Shown here: positions 16,562 to 23,871 of the stretch, in pieces
How positions within the stretch are numbered: position 1 is the first letter of the stretch
Layout: every line of letters starts with the position of its first letter
Source of the DNA: Vermiculatibacterium agrestimuris
Lineage (GTDB): Bacteria; Bacillota; Clostridia; Oscillospirales; Oscillospiraceae
NCBI RefSeq assembly: GCF_943193085.1
Contig: NZ_CALPCU010000023.1
Coordinates: forward strand, 2,442-34,441
Direction of reading: 5' to 3'
DNA length: 32,000 bases
Notes under the pieces: generated by a model
Told to the model about the DNA's origin: nothing
What the model saw: only the letters and a program-made list of their open reading frames with translations
The model's database searches: none
Program-made: the position numbers and the translations under genes

Positions 16562-17619
16562 CTATGCTTGCCTCACCCAAGGGTGAGCGTCCGCATCCCT
16601 GACTTGAGTCCCAGGGGCGATAGGGTCAACGGTTCCGGGGGCTTGTTCAGCGTCACTTTCGGCACGGTGGAGCTCGATGAGCCGCTTGCCGTTACTCCTG
16701 CGGACGATGGCGGTGATGCCTTGTTCCGTAAGTGCCGCAGCGCTTTGGAGGATCTTCCGGGAGACGGTCTTGGGCGTGACGCCCTCCGCACCGTCAGGGT
16801 CGATACGCTTGGCCAACTCGGTGGGAGTGCCGATCCAGCTTGCTTTATTCCGCAGAAATTCAGAGAGGAGAAACACGACCCGCTCCTCCAGAAGCAGTGG
16901 CTGAGTGTAGGAGTCCGATACCAGCTCCCATACGTTTTCGGCGTTCCGCTCCAGCCCCATCTCCCGGTACTCAATGTCCCGGCCTACACAGTAGAGGGTG
17001 GCTCTGCGGCTGCCCCGCCGATCCTCCACCAGCGTGAAGCTGGAATCCACCGCGCCGCTGATGGCGGTGGTGCCGGAGATGCGGCTGAACACATCCTCGG
17101 CGGGTTCCTTGCGTAGATGATGGATGAGCAGGACGGCGATGCCGTGAGCGTCGGCCAGCCGCTTGAGGACAGAGAGGTCTCGGTAGTCATTGGCATAGAG
17201 TTGGTTCCCCGGATCATCTGGAGGGTGTCGATGATGACCAGGACGGTGTCCGGGTGTTCTGCAAGGAAGGCTTTGAGTTGCTGTTCCAGTCCACGGCCCA
17301 GCAGAGCGGCCTCGGTGGAGAAGTGAACGGTGGGCGGCGCGTCCTCGGTAATGTCCAGCAGCCGGTTTTGGATACGGAGCTGGGAGTCCTCCAGACAGAG
17401 ATAGAGGGTAGTGCCCTGCTTCGCTGGCCTGCCCCAGACGCTTTCGCCTTTGGCGACCTGTACGCTGAGCCACAGGGCCAGCCAGGACTTGCCCACCTTG
17501 GGCGACCCGGCCAGGATGTGGAGTCCCTGGGAGAGCAGCGTGTCCACGATAAAGGGCAGCGGCACGAAGGGCTTGGCCATCAGTGTGACGCCGTCAATGG
17601 TGTTGAGCTTTTGATTCAA
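16562..17619 (-). pseudogene. RepA-like AAA (AAA_25-type) ATPase with a C-terminal winged-helix-like region, interrupted by a 1-nt frameshift
   Basis: TTG 17619 with an AGGAGG RBS 7 nt upstream. Walker A is GSPKVGKS. The N-terminal part (frame of ORF 16984..17763) and the C-terminal part (frame of ORF 16562..17473) join at the G4 run (plus-strand CCCC, 17207-17210). One extra G gives ..IIDTLQMIRGNQLYANDYRDL... Total length is 1058 nt, that is 3n+2. Confidence 0.75.
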
Positions 17620-17643
17620 GAGAAAACCTCCTTTGCGATGTGG

Positions 17644-17672
17644 TTGGCATTGGCCTCTGCCTGTGTTAGAAT
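17644..17672 (+). promoter_or_regulatory. Strong sigma-70-type promoter for the + strand operon of the element
   Basis: TTGGCA, a 17-nt spacer, then TGtTAGAAT (extended -10). It lies about 85 nt upstream of the 17757 ATG. Confidence 0.5.
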
Positions 17673-17756
17673 ACAGAGGAGGAATGCTTTTTGAAATCTG
17701 AAAGTGATGTTGGCGATTTTTCAAAAGTTCGCTTGCAGACAAAAAGGAGGGACGAT

Positions 17757-18767
17757 ATGGCATCGGAATATGGGCTGTATCTTTCTCTGCTCCCGGATGG
17801 GCAGATAAAAAGAGACCTCACCGGGTCGGCCGGCAAGGTCCCCTTGGAGGATACAACGATCCAGGATGAGTTGATTTTATTTTCTGAGTTGAACTTTGAG
17901 CCGTATGCTCTGGTGGTAGACCTGGTCCGCAATTGTGCGGGGAGCATTATGGTGCAGGATGAAGGTCATTATGGAGAGGTCGACATGAAGGAGTTTCAGT
18001 TCATGGCGGACACCGTGATCGACCTGGTGACCACCATGGAGAAAGAGTCTCCTCTGTATGGCACGCTGCTTCGCACCCAGATCGAAGATCAGATCACGAC
18101 GGACGATGGAACTGCCATGTATCCGATTCGCACCGGGCAGGAGCTGGTTGCTCTGTTGACCGGAGTGATGCAGTTTCAGTTCGTGGTCAATGAGGTGCTG
18201 CATGACCTTTGCGAGAAGACACCGCTTGAACCAAAGAAGTACGAGGGCCTGTGGGAGATGCCGGTGACGGAGGTCTTAACACTGGAGGGGGATGGTTTGA
18301 CTACACGATACCATTTCCGTTCGGCGGTGGACTACTACCATTTTCTTCTTCTGCATTTTGTGGCGGACAAGCCAAATGTGTCTCTGTGCCAGTGCTGCGG
18401 CAGATATTTTATTCCCAAGACGAAAAAGAAAACGCTGTACTGTGACCGTATTCTGAAGGATGGCAAGACTTGTAAGGAGTGGGGGCCGATCCTGAAGCAC
18501 AAGCTGGCTGCTCGGAGGAACGAGGTCATCGAGGCTTTTGACCGGGCCAAGCGGAAAATGTACAAGCGCTACGAGCGGGCGGCAAATAAGATCAACCAGA
18601 AGCCCTCGGAGAAGGATCTGAGCTACGCTGAATACTATGAGTGGCTGGACAGGGCAACCAAGGCGAGAGATGATTATTTGGAGGGGAAAATCACAGTGGA
18701 AGACTGTTTGCGACAAATTGGGGAAGAAAAAGATGAAGATGGAAACTTTATCGAACTTATGGTATAA
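17757..18767 (+). CDS. Hypothetical 336-aa protein with a Cys cluster (CQCCGRYF...YCDR...TCKEW) and a basic helical C-terminus
   Basis: AAAAGGAGGG RBS 6 nt upstream of the ATG. Composition (about 55% GC in a sampled line) resembles the element core. It is divergent from the ATPase/mob operon. Confidence 0.7.
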   Translation: MASEYGLYLSLLPDGQIKRDLTGSAGKVPLEDTTIQDELILFSELNFEPYALVVDLVRNCAGSIMVQDEGHYGEVDMKEFQFMADTVIDLVTTMEKESPLYGTLLRTQIEDQITTDDGTAMYPIRTGQELVALLTGVMQFQFVVNEVLHDLCEKTPLEPKKYEGLWEMPVTEVLTLEGDGLTTRYHFRSAVDYYHFLLLHFVADKPNVSLCQCCGRYFIPKTKKKTLYCDRILKDGKTCKEWGPILKHKLAARRNEVIEAFDRAKRKMYKRYERAANKINQKPSEKDLSYAEYYEWLDRATKARDDYLEGKITVEDCLRQIGEEKDEDGNFIELMV

Positions 18768-18856
18768 TAGCTTGGCAAGTAGAATTACAAAATATGAACC
18801 TGCACCATTGATGCGGAGGGTCAAATCTTTGCAATGAAAAATTGGGGGACGAGTTG

Positions 18857-21800
18857 ATGGATAACAAAAAATTGGATCGTTGGGCTGAACTGCTTTTAGA
18901 TACGGGTAAGCGCAACAATCTGATCAACTTTAGAGATACAAAGGCATCCACTGTTGAAGTTGTTGCTCCGGCCCCTGATACCATATGGGAGAAGGCCAAT
19001 GGTTCTGGGGACTTGGAGGTCTATGATCCTGGCCTCATTACCTTTGACGATGAGGACGAACAGCGTTCTCCTGAAGACGGCGAAAGAGAGACAAAACTAA
19101 GCCGTGAAGATTATCTTCAAACCTACAGCCCTATGTTGAAAAAAGCAAGCCAAATGTTGCTATACAGCCTTGGACCAAGCCCCATTCGCACTTTACAGAA
19201 TATTGACAAGAAGGCTCAATCTGCTATTGAGGAAACTGGCGTTAATGTCGCATATATGGCATTTGGCTTTATTCACTGGAAGGAGAGCAATTCTTCTCAA
19301 TATGAATATAGGGCACCTATTCTTTTGGCGCCGGTTCAATTTAGCAGGGAAACTGCCATTGCACCCTACCATATTGTTGTATCTTCCGATGAAATAGCAG
19401 TAAACCCCACATTCTCCTATAGGATGAACGCTGAACACGGGATTCGCCTTCCAGAGTATGAGGACGAGGGCCTTGACAGCTATTTGGATAAGGTTGCAGA
19501 GCTGGTCGGAAAATTGGGCTGGGCTGTGACGAGAGAGTGTAAAATCGGGCTGTTTTCCTTCCTGAAAATGAATATGTATCGCGATCTGAAGGATCATGCA
19601 GCTGCCATCTTGAAGAATAGAAATATTAGGACCTTGCTTGGCGAGCAGGTTGAGCGTGACAACGCCGAAAGTAGTTTTGATGAAGAAGCACTGGACTATG
19701 GAGGTGCCTTGATCCAACTTCATAGTGTCGTCGATGCGGACTCCAGCCAAATCGAGGCCATCGAGATGGCGAAATCTGGAGTGAGCTTTGTCTTGCAGGG
19801 CCCTCCGGGGACTGGAAAAAGCCAAACTATCACAAATATTATTGCTGAGTGCTTGAACGACGGGAAGAAGGTTTTGTTCGTTTCTGAAAAGCAGGCTGCT
19901 TTAACTGTTGTGTATGACAAGCTGAGGCAGGCTGGCTTGAATGATTTCTGCCTGGAACTTCATAGTTATAAGGCAAATCGGAAAGGCGTAATTGCCGAGC
20001 TGTGCCGTACATTACGCCTGGACAAAACAACCGTTTCAACCAAGGCAGATGAAGAAGTTACGACCAAAGAGAAGGCACAAAGGCAACTTGACCTTTATGC
20101 CGAGGAGCTACATAAGCAAAGACCGGGAATCGAAAGAAGCCTTTATCAGCTCTATGAGGAACACTCCGCCTGTCGACATGTCCCGGAACTCGAATTTCAG
20201 GTTCCTGCGATTGAGGACAAGGGTGCAAACTATTTAACTTCGGCGATTGAATTTTTGGAGCAGTATGTAGATTATCTCCCTTCAGTGGGCTATGACTACC
20301 ACAAAAACCCGTGGTATGGATATAAGAACCAAGATACCTCCTACCAAACCACAATTCAAGTTAAGAGTGATTTGCAGGAATCGATAAAGTTTTTTCAAAC
20401 TCTCATTTTGCTTTCTGACGAACTGGCCACCAAGTATGGTGTAGCATTGGAAGGGATTGACAGCGCACGATATTGGCGAGATTTCTTGTCATTTGTAGTG
20501 ACCTCAGATATCATTACACCTGCATTCTTGAAAGACCCCAATCTGGTAGATGCCCTGCGCAGGATGGCGGCCTTAAGTGCAGAGATCCACGAGATCCAAA
20601 CGAGTCTTGATGCTGTATATGGTCAGGACATTTACCAAATTGATGGAGCGGAATACTGTAAAAAGCTCACAACACAGTTTGGTAGTTTCTTTTCTCGCCT
20701 ATTCAATCAGGAATATCGGCAGACAGTTGCGAATCTCCAGGTTTGCAAGCGGAGCGATGGCAAACTGTCATATCAGGATGCCGTAGCCCTTACCCGGAAA
20801 CTTTCGGAATATCAGGAAAAGACCCAAGCGTTTGAAGCACTTGAGGTCTCGGCCAAGGGAGGCCTGGGACCGGGATATACCGGCCTTCAGGGAGACTGGG
20901 CGCACGTTGAAGAGCAACTTGACCAGATGGGGGCCATCATAAATGGAAAGCACGACTATGGTCGGTTGGCAGAGCTTTCTCTGTCGGAATTTCAGGCCGA
21001 ACAGCCGACTTTTGAAAATCTTGCGAAGAGGCTTTCTGCTTGCCTTGATCTGTTTGGCGACTGGTATGATCGGCTTGCGGCAGCGTTTGATAACGAGATT
21101 TTTGATTTGCGTACTGTCCAGGATCAAGAGGCTCTTGCCAAGCTCGAAGCCTGTCACTGCGATGCCGATAAAATTGATAACTGGTGTAGATTCCGCACGT
21201 TGTTGGCTCAACTGCGAGATGTTGGATTGCTGTCCTTTGTTGACTATGTGATCTCGCAAAATTATGAGGCGAAGAATATGGTCACCGCATATAAGCGAGC
21301 ATTTTTGCATCAATGGATCGACTGCATTATTGCCACTACACCTGCCTTGGCTGATTTCAATCGGGTGATTCAGGACAGAGCTGTGGTTACATTCTCACAA
21401 AAAGACACTACGCAGTTCGACATTAGCAAAGCACAAATCCGCCAGAAGCTCTCAGCCCAAAGACCGTCTCTTGATATGGTTTCATCTGGTAGTGCTGTTT
21501 CTATTTTGCTCCGTGAGGGAGAGAAGAAAAGACGGCAAAAGAATATCCGTACCTTGCTGGCGGAGACCGGGGAGCTTATCCAGATCATAAAGCCTTGCTT
21601 TATGATGTCGCCATTGAGCGTCAGTACGTTTCTGGATCCAGATATCATACATTTTGATACAGTGATTTTTGACGAGGCGTCGCAGATATTCCCCCAGGAT
21701 GCGGTGGGCGCTATATATCGCGCTAAACAGCTCATCGTGGTGGGCGATTCCAAGCAAATGCCGCCCAGCAACTTTTTCTCTGCAACTGTGGAGGATGACT

Positions 21801-23473
21801 CACCAGATGAAGAGATTGGCGATGTGACGGATTTTGAATCCATCCTTGATATGTGCTCCACCACTATGCCGCAAATGCGCTTGCGGTGGCATTATCGTAG
21901 CCGGTATGAGCAGCTGATTGCTTTCTCTAACCGCAATTTTTATGACGGGGATTTGGTTACATTTCCCTCCGCAACAGCAGATACACATGGCGTGGGTGTA
22001 GACTATTACCATGTGGATGGAATATTTGACCGCAAAAGTCATACAAACCGAAAGGAAGCAGAATTTGTTGTTGATCTCATTTTTAAGCATATTCAAGAGT
22101 ATCCGGGCAGAAGCCTTGGCGTAGTGGCGTTCAGCGTAGCACAGCAGGAACTGATCGATAACCTCCTGTCAAAGCGACGTCAAGAAAATCCGGATATGGA
22201 GGGCTTTTTCAAAGGAGAGCGCAAGGAACCATTTTTTATCAAAAACCTTGAAACGGTGCAGGGCGATGAACGGGATACTATCATATTCAGCGTTGCATAT
22301 GGCATTGACTCTCAAGGGCGCCTGCTCCATAATTTTGGCCCTCTGAATCGGGTCGGCGGTGAACGCCGACTGAATGTTGCGGTCACCCGAGCAAAGTGCA
22401 ATGTGCAGTTGGTATCCTCCATGCATTATACGGACATTGACCTGAGCCGTACATCGTCAACTGGAGTTACATTGTTGCGGGCGTATCTGGACTATGCCGA
22501 GAATGGCACTATTGCCTTGGAGCGAGCGGTCTCAATCAGCCCTTTTGAACAATTTGATTCCGAGTTTGAAATGGAAGTTTGCGATTTCCTGCGGGACAAT
22601 GGATTTGAAGTAGATATGCAGGTCGGTTGTTCTGGATTCCGCATAGATCTTGGTTTACGTCGGTCAGGAAGTTCGGATTATGTCTTGGCGATTGAATGTG
22701 ATGGAGCTACCTATCATTCATCAAAAAATGCCCGTGATCGGGATCGCCTCCGTCAAGAGATCTTGGAGCGTATGGGCTGGAAATTTTACCGCATTTGGTC
22801 CACGGACTGGTTCAAAAACAAGAGAGTGGAAAAGGAGCGCTTGTTGGGGGCGGCAAAACAGGCGGTAAAGGCTCCCACCTCAGTAGTCCAGCCTATGCTG
22901 GATATAGAAGAATCCGCCGCTGAGATTTTTGAGACCGTATCAACTGCCAATGATTTTAAGTTTCAACAATACAAAATAGCCGATATCCCCGCTCTATCCA
23001 AACGGTATTTACCAAATAACTTTAAGGGTATGGTGAAGGCCATTTTGGAAATAGAGGCCCCTCTTTCAGAGGATCTGCTTTTAAAGCGCACGGTTATATA
23101 CTTTGGCCGAGAGAAAGTGACGAGCGTTGTTCAACGGACCTACGAGCAACTAATGCAAGGGTGTCGTCGGGATGGGATCATTCGTCGGGATGGCTTTTTA
23201 TATCTGGAGGGGCAGAGTGAGTGCCCGTTCCGAACACCTTCTAACGATTTGAAGCGTGACATCAAAGATATCTGCTTGGAGGAGTTAGCTTCTGGGCTGC
23301 TCGAACTGCTTCGTCAAAATGTAACGGCAGATAAGACTGGGCTCTATCACGCCTTTGCGGGGCAGTGCGGTTGCAGTCGGGTTGGCAAAGCTATTAATGA
23401 GCGGTTTGACGATGCACTTGGACTGTTAAAGGACAAAATAAATGTGGACGGAATTATGCTTTCGATTAAATAG
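18857..23473 (+). CDS. DUF4011 / SF1 (Upf1/DNA2-like) helicase / Vsr-MTES_1575-like endonuclease / DUF3320 giant protein (Hhe-like candidate defence gene)
   Basis: 1538 aa. N-terminal DUF4011-like region (..LLDTGKRNNLINF..). Walker A GPPGTGKSQTI and motif II VIFDEASQ. Also WHYRSR, VQGDERD and RLNVAVTRAK. A C-terminal nuclease-like block follows (..GFRIDLGL...YVLAIECDGATYHSSKNARDRDRLRQEILERMGWKFYRIWSTDW..), then a DUF3320-like tail. A sampled line gives about 42% GC. Confidence 0.85.
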   Translation: MDNKKLDRWAELLLDTGKRNNLINFRDTKASTVEVVAPAPDTIWEKANGSGDLEVYDPGLITFDDEDEQRSPEDGERETKLSREDYLQTYSPMLKKASQMLLYSLGPSPIRTLQNIDKKAQSAIEETGVNVAYMAFGFIHWKESNSSQYEYRAPILLAPVQFSRETAIAPYHIVVSSDEIAVNPTFSYRMNAEHGIRLPEYEDEGLDSYLDKVAELVGKLGWAVTRECKIGLFSFLKMNMYRDLKDHAAAILKNRNIRTLLGEQVERDNAESSFDEEALDYGGALIQLHSVVDADSSQIEAIEMAKSGVSFVLQGPPGTGKSQTITNIIAECLNDGKKVLFVSEKQAALTVVYDKLRQAGLNDFCLELHSYKANRKGVIAELCRTLRLDKTTVSTKADEEVTTKEKAQRQLDLYAEELHKQRPGIERSLYQLYEEHSACRHVPELEFQVPAIEDKGANYLTSAIEFLEQYVDYLPSVGYDYHKNPWYGYKNQDTSYQTTIQVKSDLQESIKFFQTLILLSDELATKYGVALEGIDSARYWRDFLSFVVTSDIITPAFLKDPNLVDALRRMAALSAEIHEIQTSLDAVYGQDIYQIDGAEYCKKLTTQFGSFFSRLFNQEYRQTVANLQVCKRSDGKLSYQDAVALTRKLSEYQEKTQAFEALEVSAKGGLGPGYTGLQGDWAHVEEQLDQMGAIINGKHDYGRLAELSLSEFQAEQPTFENLAKRLSACLDLFGDWYDRLAAAFDNEIFDLRTVQDQEALAKLEACHCDADKIDNWCRFRTLLAQLRDVGLLSFVDYVISQNYEAKNMVTAYKRAFLHQWIDCIIATTPALADFNRVIQDRAVVTFSQKDTTQFDISKAQIRQKLSAQRPSLDMVSSGSAVSILLREGEKKRRQKNIRTLLAETGELIQIIKPCFMMSPLSVSTFLDPDIIHFDTVIFDEASQIFPQDAVGAIYRAKQLIVVGDSKQMPPSNFFSATVEDDSPDEEIGDVTDFESILDMCSTTMPQMRLRWHYRSRYEQLIAFSNRNFYDGDLVTFPSATADTHGVGVDYYHVDGIFDRKSHTNRKEAEFVVDLIFKHIQEYPGRSLGVVAFSVAQQELIDNLLSKRRQENPDMEGFFKGERKEPFFIKNLETVQGDERDTIIFSVAYGIDSQGRLLHNFGPLNRVGGERRLNVAVTRAKCNVQLVSSMHYTDIDLSRTSSTGVTLLRAYLDYAENGTIALERAVSISPFEQFDSEFEMEVCDFLRDNGFEVDMQVGCSGFRIDLGLRRSGSSDYVLAIECDGATYHSSKNARDRDRLRQEILERMGWKFYRIWSTDWFKNKRVEKERLLGAAKQAVKAPTSVVQPMLDIEESAAEIFETVSTANDFKFQQYKIADIPALSKRYLPNNFKGMVKAILEIEAPLSEDLLLKRTVIYFGREKVTSVVQRTYEQLMQGCRRDGIIRRDGFLYLEGQSECPFRTPSNDLKRDIKDICLEELASGLLELLRQNVTADKTGLYHAFAGQCGCSRVGKAINERFDDALGLLKDKINVDGIMLSIK

Positions 23474-23542
23474 AAAATTGTAAAATCCCTTTTTCTCCTT
23501 GGGGAGAATATGATTTACCATCGTTGAGTTTTCCAAAACAAA

Positions 23543-23589
23543 GCATTCCCGCTTTTCGAGGATATGAAAAGCGGGAATGCTCTATTTTT
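23543..23589 (+). terminator. Intrinsic terminator after the helicase gene
   Basis: A 14-bp stem (GCATTCCCGCTTTT ... AAAAGCGGGAATGC) followed by tctaTTTTT. Confidence 0.8.
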
Positions 23590-23664
23590 GGAGCTACTGG
23601 CCGGACTTGAACCGGCGACCTGCTGATTACGAATCAGCTGCTCTACCAACTGAGCCACAGTAGC
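23589..23664 (-). tRNA. Complete tRNA-Thr (anticodon CGU), element-borne
   Basis: The reverse complement is GCTACTG TG GCTC AGTTGGTA GAGC A GCTGA TTCGTAA TCAGC AGGTC GCCGG TTCAAGT CCGGC CAGTAGC T CCA. This is a 76-nt perfect cloverleaf with an encoded CCA. Confidence 0.9.
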
Positions 23665-23700
23665 GTATAAAATTGTTGAATTTGCGGAGTGGAGGAATGT

Positions 23701-23713
23701 CCCCTTACGGACA
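23701..23713. repeat. Right terminal inverted repeat (attP-derived arm) CCCCTTACGGACA
   Basis: Perfect reverse complement of 10112-10124. It ends 6 nt inside the shared core. Confidence 0.8.
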
Positions 23714-23719
23714 GCCACT

Positions 23720-23767
23720 GACCTGCTGATTACGAATCAGCTGCTCTACCAACTGAGCCACAGCAGC
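23720..23767 (-). tRNA. 5' fragment (positions 1-48) of the disrupted host tRNA-Thr(CGU) gene; right junction
   Basis: The reverse complement is GCTGCTGTGGCTCAGTTGGTAGAGCAGCTGATTCGTAATCAGCAGGTC. It is identical to the element tRNA except position 4, and it then breaks off into element sequence. Confidence 0.85.
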
Positions 23768-23823
23768 ATATGAAATTATTTCGCCTTAAACGGAGCTGCT
23801 CTACAGCTGCTTTGCAACTCAGA

Positions 23824-23852
23824 AGTCTATCATATTTTGAAGCCCCCGTCAA
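23824..23852 (-). promoter_or_regulatory. Candidate host promoter of the (split) tRNA-Thr gene
   Basis: Minus strand reads TTGACG, a 17-nt spacer, then TAGACT, about 55 nt upstream of tRNA position 1. Confidence 0.3.
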
Positions 23853-23871
23853 TCCCGAAAAGGAGGCTTTT

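Larger units (their letters stand above)
10109..23719. mobile_element. Integrative mobilizable element (about 13.6 kb) inserted in tRNA-Thr(CGU): large serine recombinase, relaxase, MobC and RepA-like ATPase, plus cargo
   Basis: Bounded by the two halves of one tRNA gene. The junctions share a 7-bp core, GACCTGC (10102-10108 and 23720-23726). Perfect 13-bp inverted repeats lie just inside both ends. Composition is mosaic (sampled lines about 37-42% GC in cargo versus about 63% in the flanks). No T4SS or coupling-protein genes are present. Confidence 0.85.

Noticed and set aside
23515-23718. 67-aa minus-strand ORF.
   Set aside because: It is a translation straight through the tRNA-Thr gene (..VAQLVEQLIRNQQVAGSSPAS..), so it is not a protein gene.
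23589-23767. Alternative reading: a tandem pair of host tRNA-Thr genes rather than an element-borne copy.
   Set aside because: The complete copy lies on the element side of the crossover core and inside the right inverted-repeat arm. The outer copy stops exactly at the core, and its missing 3' part is found 13.6 kb away.
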